Positions 1 through 13,690 of a stretch of DNA of 64,000 nucleotides are shown in pieces. The stretch's first letter is position 1. Every line of letters begins with the position of its first letter. The notes below the pieces were generated by a model. The model saw only the letters and a program-made list of their open reading frames with translations. It was not told the DNA's origin and ran no database searches. The translations under genes and the position numbers were made by a program. This DNA is from Octopus sinensis (taxonomy: Eukaryota). The stretch covers positions 99,014,001-99,078,000 of the forward strand of contig NC_043002.1 of assembly GCF_006345805.1 (NCBI RefSeq), written 5' to 3'.

Positions 1-37
1 AATAAATTATCACCACTCCCAACACGCAACACACACT

Positions 38-71
<34 letters not shown>

Positions 72-212
72 CATATATATGTGTGTGTGTGTGTGTGAGG
101 AGAAATAGAAAGCGAGAGAGAGATGGCAAAGGATAGAAATAGTGACAGATCCGTATACGCACACTCATTCGCGTGTATACACATGCATACGTACATGTTG
201 ACATGCTCTATA

Positions 213-850
213 TACTCCTTACTCTTTTTACTTGTTTCAGTCATTTGATTGTGGCCATGCTGGAGCACCGCCTTTAGTCGAGTAAATCGACTCCAGGACT
301 TATTCTTTTATATATATATATATATGGGGAGTTTACGAAAGAAACAAAAGACGAAGCCAGGTGGTGTACAAAACAAACAGATGTATTAGTATAACGCTCA
401 GGAATCGAAAAAGTCTTTTATGTTTCGAGCCTACGCTCTTCTACTGAAAGGGACACAGAAAAAACTAGGAGCGAAACAAGGAGAGAAAAAAGGAGAGTAG
501 ATATAAATACACACATACATATGTAATGTCCAATAGTACTTATTCTATCAGACTCTTTTGCCGAACCGCTAAGTTACGGTGACGTAAGTACACCAGCATC
601 GGTTGTCAAGCGACGTTGTGGGAAAAAACACAGACACACAAACATACACAGACTCACAAACACACACACGCGCATATATATATATATATATACGACGGGA
701 TTCTTTCAGTTTACATCTACTAAATCCACTCATAAGGCTTTGGTCGACCCGACGCTATAGTAGTAGACACTTGCCCAAGGTGCCACGCACTGGGACTGAA
801 CACGGAACCATGTGGCTGGTAAACAATCTACTTATCACACAGTCACTGCT
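213..850 (-). mobile_element. tRNA-headed SINE family A, interrupted at ~309-534 by a family-B element
   Basis: Reverse complement of the copies at 3185 and 35088: (TACTCTTT) tail, CCAGCATGGCC stem-loop, internal (CA/TA)n, head with A/B-box-like motifs. Confidence 0.85.
326..500 (-). mobile_element. Family B hammerhead-bearing non-autonomous element (Penelope-like), degenerate copy
   Basis: Homologous to 11608, 15958 and 18927; degenerate core CAGTAGA-A-GAGC-GTAG-GCTC-GAAAC at 415-450 on minus; abuts (TA)n. Confidence 0.7.
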
Positions 851-904
851 ACGCCGTCTTTGAACAAAATATAAAATAGCCTGAAATTTTACCAAAGTGA
901 GAAC

Positions 905-1090
905 CTCTATGTGGTTGATCTGCTTGATAAAATAGCAGCCAAATCTTCTTCACACCACGCCATCGCATCTTATAAACGACAGATTGGACAATGTTTTCTG
1001 GTAAAAAATAACGGTATGTTCATCTCAGGAATAATTATTGAAGATAAGATTGTATCCTCTGTCAAGACTGATGTGGGTCAAAAGAAGATG
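905..1090. repeat. Unclassified dispersed repeat family K
   Basis: Motif GGTTGATnTGCT..AAA(T/C)AGCAGCCAAAT recurs at ~4250 and, more degenerate, at ~29200. Confidence 0.4.
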
Positions 1091-1208
1091 TTGAAAAATA
1101 CTGTTTTAATTATATGACATGCTAAATATACATAAATGTGCATCGCACATGCAAACAGGTACACATACACACACACATACACACACACACATACACACAC
1201 ACACACAT

Positions 1209-1266
<58 letters not shown>

Positions 1267-2026
1267 GCACATACATACAAACGTGACTGAACTAAACTGG
1301 GTTAAATCAAATGATTGTTCCACGTACCTATTTCTGTACATTCCACGGTAATAACTAGAGGGCTCCCTCATATTCAAACATACTTACACGATCATATACA
1401 TACGCATTTAATTTCACATAGATTTCATATAGCTGAAGCCAATTACCTAAGGTGTATTGCAGTGAAACGCGAACTAAGAAATTGCTGAGAGAACCTCTTT
1501 ATAAATGGTCATGTTTGCACCAAGATTATTTGTTAAATCTATATAAGAAATTTAGGAATGGTGAATTGCACATGATAAAGTTTGATAGGCGGCTTCGATT
1601 ACTTTCTGAAGAATCAGTTAGAAGTGTATAAGAAATGTCTTCTTTAAAAATCGATCGGACATTAGATTCCTTTTGCAATAGCTTACTGAATAAACAAATG
1701 TCTATCTCACAGGAATTCTTTATTTATTAAACAAACGGGAAAACTTTTCTGAATAAAAGTCTTTCAAGATGGTGATGGAAAAGACTGGAAATATATTTTA
1801 TACTTTTTCGTATTATTAATTTTTGTTTGCTTTTGAATTAAGCTGCAGCTGCCAAGTACTTTATTCTTTCCTTTGCCAATGAGAATGTTATGACATTTAA
1901 ACCAGTTACATTTTGAATCCGTAAGGTCAAATTATACCTCACTCCAACTTAAATGATTCCACTAAGAAACAAAGGAAAGAATATCTGTTAAAACCACAAA
2001 CTCTGTTTCGGGTGGAAACGGTGTAC

Positions 2027-2078
2027 TTTGATCTGGAGGAAGGAGCTACGTCGATATAGTTCCTTCCTCCAGATCAAA
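2027..2078. other. Near-perfect 22-bp hairpin, pre-miRNA-sized
   Basis: TTTGATCTGGAGGAAGGAGCTA / loop CGTCGATA / TAGTTCCTTCCTCCAGATCAAA; one G-U pair. Confidence 0.8.
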
Positions 2079-3184
2079 ACATAAAAAATTTAAAAAATAG
2101 ATTTAAAAATATTGATTTAAGAATTCTGCTTATGTTAGTTCAAAATAACGGTTGTGTAAATTGCATTTTACCACTACAAGGTTGATTCAATACTACCATC
2201 AACCTATATATATATTTACTGTAATATACCGAGTTCAAACTAATCGACTGTACTATTTCTGTGGTAAATATTAGCTGTGTAATTTCGAAGTAGATCGATA
2301 GTTCGATGTTATCGGACAATCTTCTTGGATCTATTTCTAAACAGCTTTTATTCCCCGAAGTAACAGTTCTGATCAAAAACCTTAGAGAATGGCCAAATCA
2401 CTCCTTTCATCAAATGTTACACTGCACAGAATTAACAGAAAAAAAAAAGTGTAAGATATTTTCTTCGCTTAAATATTCTTATTCAACTTTTCTTTCCTTT
2501 TTCTCACAAAACACCTCACTCGTTTAGAAATTTTTTTTATGTAGAATGTTTCTGTATCTTTTTATCACACATTTTCTCAACCTCATCTTCGTTACAATTT
2601 TCCTTCGTTTCTAAAATCTTGTAAAATAGCGTATTTTACTCGTATCAATTAATAGTGATTTATTCCTTAGATTTGAAGAGTTGAATTTATAACGGTGAGT
2701 GGGCATGAATATATTAGTGGATAATGTATTCCTGTTATCGACCAACGTATTTAGTTATACTTGCAATAATTTAGAGCGTCACAGATAGCTCACTTGATAT
2801 GGTATTGGATTGCTAACCAGAGATCAGTAGTTGACCAGCACTGTGTTTATGGCCAATGGACTTCGTATACACGCAGCCACGTGTAAACAGAGATTACAGG
2901 GCTGTAAAATAGAACAGAAAACAAAATCTTCAAAAATTAACATCGACGAGTGGTTCATATTTTACATGGTACGGATTCTAATTTTTCTGCCTCAAATACG
3001 GAATCGATAGAGTTCGAACACGGATGCAGATACTTTACACGTAGTAAAAACAAGTGGTCGATATTAACTATGTAGAAGCTTCTGAGTGGTCAACAAATTT
3101 CCTCATAATAGCCATATCTTCGCCAAATCATACCCTACAGGAGATTTTTAAAATACAGTATTCCTAGATATCTCAAAAAGGTGT

Positions 3185-3350
3185 AGGAGTGGTTGTGTGG
3201 CAAGCAGCTTGCTTACGAACTACATGGTTCCAGGTTCAGTCCCACTGCGTGGTACCTTGGGCAAGTGTCTTCTACTATAGCCTCGGGCCAACCAAAGCCT
3301 TGTGAGTGGATTTGGTAGACGGAAACTGAAAGAAGCCCATCGTATATATG

Positions 3351-3381
<31 letters not shown>

Positions 3382-3610
3382 GTGTGTATATCTTTGTGTG
3401 TCCGTGTTTGTTCCCCCAGCATCACTTGACAACCGATGATGGTGTGGTTACGTCCCCGTAACTTAGCGGTTCGGGCAAAGAGACCGATAGAATAAGTACT
3501 AGGCTGACAAAGAATAAGTCCTGGGGTTAATATGCTCGACCAAAAGGCGGTGCTCCAACATGGCCACAGTCACATGACAAACAAATTAAAGAGTAAAAAG
3601 AGTAAAAGAG
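3185..3610 (+). mobile_element. SINE family A, full length
   Basis: Head with TGGTTGTGTGG (A-box-like) and GGTTCAGTCCC (B-box-like), internal (TA/TG)n, 3' (AGTAAAAG)n tail. Confidence 0.9.
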
Positions 3611-4239
3611 ATACACTGTGTCTAAATAAAAGCTGCAGTACCTTAGGCCACCACAGTCAGTTACATCAGGGCAAGTCTGAAGTAAGAGAGGATTTAGAAC
3701 TAAACTTGGTCTAGAATAGAAAGAACTCGACGAACAAACTCTTCTTCGGTTGATCTCTTAATGCTTTAATATTATAGGTATCTTTAGACTGAAACAAAGA
3801 TGTTGTAATGTCTATACACAGTCCTCTGTTTTTAACAATATTACTCTCGAGAAAAGATCTCAGCGATGAAATGAAATTAAAATATTGAACCGATTCGCTG
3901 TTTACTTTTCCTTACCTATCGGTGTTGGTCACATTGACTTTGAATTATTGATCTATTGCGTCAGAACCAACTTAAGGACACTTTTTGCAGATAATATCAC
4001 TGCTTTCGAATAAACCACTTGAAATGTAGTAATTCATACCAAATGTTATCAAATCAAATAACTATTAGAAGGTACCAGAAACTCTTCTATCGTGGTAATA
4101 AAATGGTGCAAATCGTCAGATTGAAGTAATAAAATAAAGTAATGAAATAAAGGGAAAGGCCAACTTTGAGCTCTTTAGTGTAAGTATAAACTGTAAAAAG
4201 CAGCCATTCTTATAAAAGGAAACGCGCAACAGGACTTTT

Positions 4240-4430
4240 TAGGAGGTTGGTTGATGTGCTGAAAACAGCAGCCAAATTTCTCTTTAATCATTCTGCATCA
4301 TTTTAAAGACCATGATATATATTACTGCTCTGGTTAGCTTACTTTTGGATTTATGATACGTGAAATAAAGATGAGATGGTCACGGCTGGAATGTATTTTA
4401 TGAAAGGTCTTCTTTACACCGGACAGAGAC
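4240..4430. repeat. Unclassified dispersed repeat family K
   Basis: Similar to 905-1090. Confidence 0.4.
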
Positions 4431-4479
4431 TATTGTACAGGATTATTTGAAGACTATTTTCTCAAGAATATTATTGATG

Positions 4480-4640
4480 CAGGTACATGGTTGTCAAAGC
4501 AGTTGGTTTGTTGTTAGGGTGTTTGAGTCATGAACGTAAAGTCATAGGTTCAATTCCTGGGCCTAGCAGCATGTTGTCATCTTGAGCAAGGAACTTTATT
4601 ACACGTTGCTTCTGTCTACTCAGCTGTAATGAGTACTACC
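4480..4640 (+). mobile_element. SINE family F, degenerate
   Basis: GGTTCAATTCC B-box followed by CTTGAGCAAGGAACTTTATTACACGTTGCT..ACTCAGCTGT, matching the reverse complement of 29841-30158. Confidence 0.6.
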
Positions 4641-5387
4641 CACGTTCTGGAAGAATCCGCTTAACCTTCTAGACGTCAGAAGGAGAATATTCCCCTGGGT
4701 CAATGACGATGGGAAGAGAGAGGGCGTCTGTGTTAGCTCGCAATGCTAAAAACCCTTAAAGCAATAAACGAAAGCACGGTACATAGTATTAAGACAAGGA
4801 ATTGAAAGTAGACTGGAAACTGGGAACGACTAGCGTATTTTTTTTTTTGTATTTTCATCCACTGCGCTCCGACCATCCAAATTTATATGTTTGATTAATT
4901 GGATTCTTTTAATTTATTAGGTTTTTAATTGACATGAGTTAAAGGCAGTATGAACGAATGGCTAAAAATTTCGCCTCATAATCATGAGGTTCCTGATTCG
5001 ATTGCACCGCTTCGAATTTAGGTAAGTGACTTACGTCTAGTCAAAGTAATCCTTTGAGCAAAAGTGGGTGAAATTGAACTGTTCTGAAGCGGTAAGATCG
5101 ATTGCATCAGTTATTCAATGGTACAGGCTTGTTAAGCATTGTGTCACGTGGTTTCGCCCGAGGTTTACGTTAAAGATAGAAGTGTCTGTGGAATATGTAA
5201 CTAGTTTCACGCTAATTCGGATGTTTGAACGAACGTCTGTATCCTCATCTTCGAAACCGACGGAAATTTATTCAGTTACTTTACTTCTCGAGTAAAGTAA
5301 CAGGCTTAACCATCGAATTCAAATTAATTTAATTTAATTGAAATATTAATTCACTTGAAACAAATACCTAATCGACAGCGTTACTTC

Positions 5388-5423
<36 letters not shown>

Positions 5424-5779
5424 CTGATCACGAGCAGAAGTAGTGGGGGAGCATCATAGCCATGTGTTGAGAGGGATTCTTTGGGATTTGAATAGTTCAC
5501 CTCTGGAAACATGGGTGGTTCTTTCAACATCCTTAAACAACCCCTATTCAGGGACCTTTGGAGCGGGATGGGCTACTCAACCTGAAGAAAATTCTAACTG
5601 GGCCCCACCTGCAAGGTCATGTGCTGTTTATCTTGATATGAGATCACCATGTCGCGCACATATGGTTGTGATGCATGTGCCTGGTGTACCCTTATCAGAC
5701 GGGTAGTCATGATGGGTATATTGGGCTTCGTATATTTTACCCTAGTGTCACTTTGATGGCATGAACTGCTCTCTCACTC
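5424..5779 (+). mobile_element. Family H non-coding element in an (AAT)n tract, 5'-truncated
   Basis: Homologous to the minus-strand copies at 58210 and 59121; (AAT)n on both sides. Confidence 0.8.
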
Positions 5780-5802
5780 AATAATAATAATAATAATAAT
5801 AG

Positions 5803-5855
<53 letters not shown>

Positions 5856-5858
<3 letters not shown>

Positions 5859-6199
5859 GAAATGTGGCATCTCAAGGCGGTTACAATACCAGTGATCGTA
5901 GGAGCGCTAGGAATGATCAAGAAGGGAACCGAAAATTATATGAGAATGATCCCTGGCTTACCATCCCTGCAAGAAGTGCAAAAGATTGTCTTAACTGGTA
6001 CATCACACGTATTGAGAAGAGCATTGTCGATGTGAGAACTGTTGCTGCTCATGTATTTTAATTTAACTTAAAAAAAAAATGAACGAACTATTGAGTTTGG
6101 TTTAATGGCCTACCGATGTATACTATGAGTTTCTTTGCCCTAGGAGTCGGGAAGACACTTGGCAAGAAATGGAAGCAGATTTGAAATAAGAAAAAAAAA

Positions 6200-6200
<1 letters not shown>
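5856..6200 (+). mobile_element. R4/Dong-clade non-LTR retrotransposon 3' end (restriction-like endonuclease C-terminus plus 3' UTR)
   Basis: Frame 5856-6035 reads KEMWHLKAVTIPVIVGALGMIKKGTENYMRMIPGLPSLQEVQKIVLTGTSHVLRRALSM*, the typical RLE-domain end; flanked by (TAA)n. The supplied ORF at 5864 is a different frame. Confidence 0.85.
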
Positions 6201-6240
<40 letters not shown>

Positions 6241-7956
6241 TCATTGAAGGCGAAACATATAGTGCCTTTATTTTAGAGAATATACCTATAGAGGTTTCTA
6301 TATATTTTGTTAGAGTAGTATTGAAAAACGTGAAGTAGAAGAAATTTTGAACGGATATCAAAAGTACATATTGTACCCGACATGCGTGAAACTTCCACAT
6401 TACACCAACGTGCGTGCCAAATAAAGCAACAACAATAGTGGTCTTTTTTTCGCAACTAGCACTTTGGAACGTTTATATATTCTGGTACATTAAAGCAGCA
6501 ATTGAAGTTTGTTTCTCTGATGGAGCTACTTCCTGTGGATCTGTTTTAAGTTGCCAAGAACATGAGATATTTTCAGATCACTAATACTTAAATATTAATA
6601 TCTTATGCAGCTTAATATTTGCTGAACATGTATTTAAATATATAAACAACTTTGTGTGTGTGTGTGTGTGTTAAGTATGTGTGTGTTTGTGTAGGCATAG
6701 ATTGTTAGTTTTCTATGGTAGTTTGAAAAAATCAATAATGTTATCTATTTTTGATAAAAGAAAGTAAATGATAGTTGTGGTAACATGTCTGAATATACTT
6801 TAAAATATCTATTTGGCTTTGTAATAAGGAATGTGTTTCATGATGGGCTGACGTACAAACACCAGAGGTACGCGGTTTTTAGCTATCATTGACTCTTATA
6901 TAGCTTTCTGGAAGATTTCTATTATTTCTTTCAACAATTTCTTTTAAGCATAAATGGGAACAACACAATTTGTTCAATGTGTTTTGGATGATAACAATCA
7001 AAGCTATTAAAAAATACTTAGAAAAAAGGAAAAATGAACATATCACATATATTGCTGTCTTTTCGAAGTGACAGAATTCAAACATCGAACTAATGCTGTT
7101 TTCAAATCATTCAAATGGTTGACAAAATAATTTATATTGGTTGCTGTTCATGGGTACGTAGTTCATATTCTGCTTCTTTTGACTAACGCCATTTATCTAT
7201 TATATCTTTCAGTGTTGATAAATGCATTTACTTGAAATAAAATGACGCGGTAATAGTAGCAAGCAATTGTATGAACTGATTCAGCCACTTAAATTCAGTC
7301 TATTCAAATATCATGTTATTTTACTTTGATTTATCACTGTCCGACAGATTCCATAATTGTTTCCAAGGAATGCAATAGAGATAACCATCTAATATTTCTG
7401 AGAAAGTAATAGGGTATTAACTGGAGTTTTTCAATAGCTTTGTCGAACTTTGGCAGCGAAGTAACTCAATAAGTGCTGAACGGCAATTTAGAAGTTGAAC
7501 TTCTCCGAAATGTAGACAATGAATATGTGAAACGTTTTGTGTGATCGGATTTCTACAAGGTCATAGCCCATAAATAGTGACCACAAACTGCTTTGCAGTT
7601 TAAGGACATGAACTAAATGGGTCCTGTTTGAAGGATTTTAGTGAAATCGCCTACTGTACCAATCAGCAGTATAATGTCGCCGTAATGTGTTCTAAACGTG
7701 TTTAGGAATCAAGAGAGAAGACTAAACTGCTTTATATTGTATATAGGACAAAAGAGGTATTCCATTCAGTTAACAGAAAGAAATCTCGATTAACGTTGAT
7801 TATTAAGGTTTTTACTGACGATGATGTCATAAAGTTTAGAGTAATTTATATGTACGTTTAATATATACAATATTGCTGAAGCACTGTTGATAACTTTCGC
7901 TAGGCTGTGGGTTATATATATATATATGTGTATATATATATATATAAACGTATATA

Positions 7957-7994
<38 letters not shown>

Positions 7995-8625
7995 AGAGAG
8001 GAGAGACAGAGACAGAGAGAAGAGAGAGAGGTGGGTAGATACATTCATACACTCACATACACATATGTATGTCTGTTTGTGTATGCATATACAAGCCTCG
8101 TTAAACACACAAATTGCAACAAATGCTAAACTCCACTATCGCTGACGTAACGATGACAACGCTTCTGCTCTCTCACAGACATGCTTAAGACAACTGAAGA
8201 AAAGAATTTTCTGGATGACTAGAAAATTTTTTATGACTAACACGCTACGGCTATTAACGCACAGACATATTATTTGCATATATCTATATTTTACATTGCA
8301 ATTATAACGGTTTTCTGCTATTCTATGATCTAGGAATTTGTACACCATAGTCGCCTAATTCCCTCTGATGAACCTGTCTTTCTCTTTGTATATTGTATTC
8401 CGTCACCCCTACATTCTTTGCTTCCACATAAAAAAAAACTTTACTTTCTCACTTCTCACAAATGTAGTTATCAGAAATCCATTCCCTCTTTGCCTCACTT
8501 TTCATATAACCGCAAGAATTTACAGATAAGCATAAGCTGTTTCACATCACTCGTATGAGATAGCATTCAATTTTTATTAGCACTTTCACCTCTAACTCCC
8601 ATTAATTGCAACGTATATCATATAA

Positions 8626-8922
8626 GTGGAGGGGCGCAATGGCCCAGTGGTTAGGGCAGCGGTCGGATGATCGCGGTTTCGATTCCCAGATCGGGCGTTG
8701 AGTGTGCTTATTGAGCGAAAACACCTAAAAGCTCCACGAGGCTCCAGCAGGGGGTGGTGCTGACCCCTGTTGTACTCTTTCGCCACAACTTTCTCTCACT
8801 CTCTCTTCCTGTTTCTTGAGTAACGCTGCGATGGACTGGCGTCCCGTCCAGCTGGGGGCAACACATACGCCACAGAGACCGGGAAACCGGGCCCATGAGC
8901 CTGGCTAGGCTTGAAAAGGGCG
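8626..8922 (+). mobile_element. tRNA-headed SINE family E, tail type 1
   Basis: TGGCCCAGTGG / GGTTTCGATTCC boxes; head and body shared with 25226 and 32131. Confidence 0.85.
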
Positions 8923-10352
8923 CCGTTTATCATTATATGATATAAGGGTATCCCAAGATCCTGAAGGAACGGAGCATTCATTCTAAAGAGACTAATTTTT
9001 AAAATTATTAATTAGATCCTCCTTTCTGAAAGATATTCGGTATTAATCAATGAAATATTAGCAATATCTGCAATCGATGCAATCGATTATCGCTAGTCAA
9101 TCATTTTAGTAAAAATTATATATTATTTACACATCATTCACCCGTCAAATACAAGTACAATCGCACGCATATTCACACATCCATTCTCTAATACTTACAC
9201 ATTAAGGTGACATCTAATTAGGAGAAAAACAGTCTGGTGTATTGGCGTTGAGTAAAATTACAACGAAACACATAATTACTTTGACTATAGTCAACTTTTA
9301 TTCTGAAGTAAATGTAAGTTGAAAGAGACAAAATAGTGCTGATTGATTTTTAATTAAGAACAAACTAAGATAATTGTACAAAACCATTAATAGGATTCTT
9401 TCGACCGTGTTAAAATACACTACAGTTTTTTTCTTTCCTTTCAAAATCTTATCTATTATTATAATCATACTTAATTCAATTATGTTTTGCTATTCATAAT
9501 CATGTTCTTAATATATTACTTTATCTAAAAGGTTTCATGAAATTTCAGCGTATCTTACAGTTTTGGAACTTAATAAAATTCAGTGTATCACTTGTTTTTA
9601 AGGTGGGATGACGTCTGGAAAATACGTTTACCTCTTATCTGTCTGGTTAACATATTCTACAATACATCCGTGAAATTTGATAACACTAGTAAAATCAGTA
9701 ATATGGTGTTAGCTTCTAATACACATGTTCATTTCTAGCAACCAATTCATGTCGTTGTCTTCCCTATTATGGTCGATATCATTTCAGTAGCGACATTTAA
9801 TGATTCCTGAAATTCTAGCTACTTTATTCAGATTAAAATTTTCTTTTATATTATGAACTATTTATTTCTTCACAACTCATTGCAACCACAAATCGACACT
9901 GTTTAAAATTCGGCTGAAATAATTCGCAGGCTGAAGAGCGGTAACAGCATCGGATGGCTCGCAGTATTTGTTTCGGTTCTTTGCCTTCCGAGTTCAAATT
10001 CCATCTACTTTGCTTGGAAAGTTGACTTGCATTGTAATCCAGTATAACACTATCACTTGACAGTGCGGCTACATAAAATAGGGCCTAATCTGTTGCAGGA
10101 ATTTGGGCCATATGTTCGATTAGAGTATCTCTCCCACCAGTTTTGGGGGCCTGGTGAAAGGGGATAGATACAGTTCCTTCTCATTTAAAATTTAAAACAA
10201 AAAGAAAGCTAATATTGATGTTTAACATTGAAGTGAGCGTCTCAGATTTGGGTGGGGTAGAAGCGATATCTATAACAATATTCGCCTGTAGTGTGCATAT
10301 TTTCGTATGTGTCTATGTTTGTATACGTGTGTGTGTATGTATGTATATATAT

Positions 10353-10415
<63 letters not shown>

Positions 10416-10484
10416 TATATATATATCTATACTTATATATATGTGTACATACATTATATATATATATATATCTTTTTTTTCTTT

Positions 10485-10822
10485 ATCCCCGTCTGTCTTG
10501 ATAGACAATGGGTTGCGCCAAGGGTGGGGCCTACTTTGATGATGTGCAGCGTCTGCTGTGACTGAACAGTCCAATTCTAGAGTGGCAGTCCTTGGTACAG
10601 TTGCTGCACACGAACATCGATGGGTACGTGTGGGGTGTTGCTGCAGTTGTCCTCCTCCTGTCCCGCCTGTCCAACCACAGCTGTGCCCTCCTCTCCTCAG
10701 CCATGGAAACGCCTTTCCTCACCGTCCGACGCCAGGCAGAGCGGTCAGCAGCTGTTTTCTCCCACGTGTCCACACAGATGTTGGCAGTCCTCAGGTCGCG
10801 CTTGCACACGTCCCTGTATCGT
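10485..10822 (-). mobile_element. RTE-clade LINE 3' fragment
   Basis: RYRDVCKRDLRTANICVDTWEKTAADRSAWR...FVCSNCTKDCHSRIGLFSHSRRC: RTE C-terminal motif with terminal C2H2-type finger, then short 3' UTR. Confidence 0.9.
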
Positions 10823-10847
10823 ATATATATAATATATATATATATAT

Positions 10848-11274
10848 ACTCTTTTACTCTCTTTTTACTCTTTTACTCTCTTTTTACTCTTTTACTTGTT
10901 TCAGTCATTTAACTGCGGCCATGCTGGAGCACCGCCTTTAGTCGAGCAAATCGACCCCGGGACTTATTCTTTGTAAGCCTAGTACTTATTCTATCGGTCC
11001 CTTTTGCCGAACCGCTAAGTGACGGGGACGTAAACACACCAGCATCGGTTGTCAAGCAATGCTAGGGAGACAAACACAGACACACAAACACACACATACA
11101 TATATATATATACATATATACGACAGGCTTCGTTCAGTTTCCAAATCCACTCACAAGGCATTGGTCGGCCCGAGGCTACAGTAGAAGATACTTGCCCAAA
11201 GTGCCACGCGGTGGGACTGAACCCGGAACCATGTGGTTGGTTATCAAGCTACTTACCACACAGCCACCCCTGCG

Positions 11275-11275
<1 letters not shown>
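10848..11275 (-). mobile_element. SINE family A, full length, expanded (TACTCTTT)n tail
   Basis: Reverse complement of the family A pattern. Confidence 0.9.
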
Positions 11276-11312
<37 letters not shown>

Positions 11313-11349
11313 ACATAGTCATACATACATTATATATACATATCCATCA

Positions 11350-11575
11350 ACAGGCCCTGCCCTATTTAACATTGTCTTAATACAGATGTAAGAGGAAAAG
11401 GAACCCCTCACCTTTAAATGGAATCTGGACACATTTCTTCAAGGAATACCAGATAAGCCACCTATACCTGGATAAAACTCACTTAAGAACTCCCTACTCG
11501 AGTGGGCTGTAATACCACAAAACATGACTTGAAAAGGATTTAGATAATCCTATCAGGCGCTGGTATTAGGTGGTA
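11350..11575 (+). mobile_element. CR1-group LINE 3' fragment, decayed
   Basis: GPALFNIV...PLTFKWNLDTFLQGIPDKPPIPG*...NSLLEW, matching the CR1-type GPxLFN / FKxxLDxFLxxIPDxP / NSL end. Confidence 0.7.
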
Positions 11576-11607
11576 CACACACACACACACACACACATAT
11601 TTATATA

Positions 11608-11775
11608 GGGTGAATTCACACAAAAAAAGAGACGAAGAGAGATGTATTAGAATAACGCTCGGGAAGTGAAAAGTCTTTAACGTTTCGAGCCTACGCTCTT
11701 CCACAGAAAGGAACACAGAAAGGAACAAGGAGAGAAAATAAAGAATGTGTAGTGGCTAGCGATCTATCATGGCGA
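11608..11775 (-). mobile_element. Family B hammerhead-bearing element
   Basis: Best family-B copy; starts at a TA-rich tract. Confidence 0.75.
11675..11710 (-). ncRNA. Minimal hammerhead-ribozyme-like motif with variant core CUGUGGA
   Basis: CUUU-CUGUGGA-A-GAGC(GUAG)GCUC-GAAAC-GUU-AAAG: stem I CUUU/AAAG, stem II GAGC/GCUC, palindromic ACGU stem III; A6 replaced by U. Confidence 0.55.
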
Positions 11776-12079
11776 TGTTTGAGATATACGCATATGTTTC
11801 TATATACATTATAATAATTATATATGCTTGTACATATGTATGCAAATGTATATATTTGCGTACTAAGTATAGAGAAGAATCGTAAACAGTTCTCAATACC
11901 AAAGTTAGAGTGCAATTCATAAATGTAACAGCCTGCATGTTTCACCTGGTTATTTGACATACACCTTTACGGCCATAAAACTGGATTTTCAGTGCCTAGG
12001 TAGTTTTACATTTCATGTACAAACTGATGATAGAAACATAAAATTTGAACAGTGTCGTGGTGTCAGCCCTTGCAGTTAT

Positions 12080-12542
12080 GCGTACATACATACATACATA
12101 CATACATACATACATACATACATACATACATACATACATACATACATACATACATACATACATACATACATACATACATACATGCATACATACATACATA
12201 CATACATACATACATACATACATACATACATACATACATACATACATACATACATTCATGCATACATGCATGCATACATGCATACATACATGCATACATT
12301 CATACATACATTCATACATATGTACGAATTACGCGTACCTATAAATATATATAATTAATATAGACAGCAGTCTATAATTGTCAATAAATATGACTAGGGT
12401 GTTAGAAATACCTACATTACTAAAAATAAGAGCTAAATGCTCTAATGCTGTTGTCAAAGCACATAATTGTATACATATACACAGAGGAGGACAATAATCA
12501 CCCGAAAACACCGATCGTGATATAGATATCTATCTATATCTA

Positions 12543-12629
<87 letters not shown>

Positions 12630-12673
12630 ATACCTTTCTATCTATCTATCTCTCTATCTCTCTCTCTTTTTAC

Positions 12674-12705
<32 letters not shown>

Positions 12706-12720
12706 TATAGGATAGATAAA
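12080..12720. repeat. (TACA)n and (TATC)n microsatellite arrays
   Basis: Direct inspection; arrays at ~12083-12320 and ~12520-12710. Confidence 0.95.
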
Positions 12721-13589
12721 TATTTTGAATCTATTCACAAGCACGCATAAATACACATATACACGCGCTTACATACACACAACACATATCTTTTCATCTA
12801 TCAGCTATCTAACTATCTATCTATCTGTATATCCACCGCTCTCGCCGCCTTTCTGTGTATATGTTCATGTATATATGTATGCGTGTATTATATGTATATA
12901 CATTTTGTTATAGATTTGAAAGTTGTCAGAAGTGGAAAAGATGCGAATATAATCAAATAACTATTTGAACGTTTCATTTAAGATTAGTAATACGTCTGTA
13001 GTAAGTTATGTGCTAAATGTAATAACAAGATCACTGAATTCAATTTCAACTTTACTGGTATGTCTTGTGCAGCAAACTGCACACCTATGATGTTAGAATA
13101 TAGGTATTTGTCAAGTAGCTTATGGTATATGGAACGACTTAGACCAGATGTAATTTTGTGGTATATATTACTAATTGTCTTGAAGGTTTGGTGCAAAAAG
13201 ATTAATGAATCAATTTAATTGCAGTCTAGATTTACACAATGATATATTAAGTACTTCTGGAATTATTCTTAGCTGACAATTACTTTGCAAATTAGACGTT
13301 TGAGATTATTACCAATTATTGTTCATATTGATGGCAAATTTGGTCAAAAGTAACAATTTAATGAATGTATGTTTAATATATACCATAAGTTAGCCACATA
13401 ATTTAGATGTATATTGTATTAACAGCTTTCCTAGGATCCCACTTCCTTCTATCTAGTTTTTCTAGTGGCTACACTTCTGCTTTGGATTCGTATTTTCCTC
13501 TGTGAATTCCGTTTCGAAAGTATTCGTTCTCTTACTAGGAAATCTAAACGATTTCAACGGATGAAAGTTGGTTTTCTTGTGACATGAAG

Positions 13590-13690
13590 TAGAATAACTT
13601 GCTCAAAAAACACAGCGCGCCGCAGGGAATCATACTCGTGACTTTACAATCGTGGGCCGAATACCTCTAACCACTGAGCCACGCACTTCA
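13590..13690 (-). mobile_element. SINE family F, 5' (tRNA head) fragment
   Basis: Ends CTCTAACCACTGAGCCACGCACTTCAC, matching the end of 29841-30158. Confidence 0.7.

Noticed and set aside
5864-6061. Similar MASQG... ORFs at 5864 (+) and 61174-61407 (-) suggesting a duplicated small gene
   Set aside because: They are off-frame readings of the R4/Dong endonuclease C-terminus.
11954-12358. Long ORFs such as YIHTYIHT..., IYIYIY..., CVCVCV..., IIIII/LLLLL, NNNN/TTTT here and at 15486, 22800-24000, 38300-39050, 44200-44760, 47430-48030, 58700-59150 and 60640-60950
   Set aside because: They are translations of microsatellites that lack stop codons in some frames; no coding signal.
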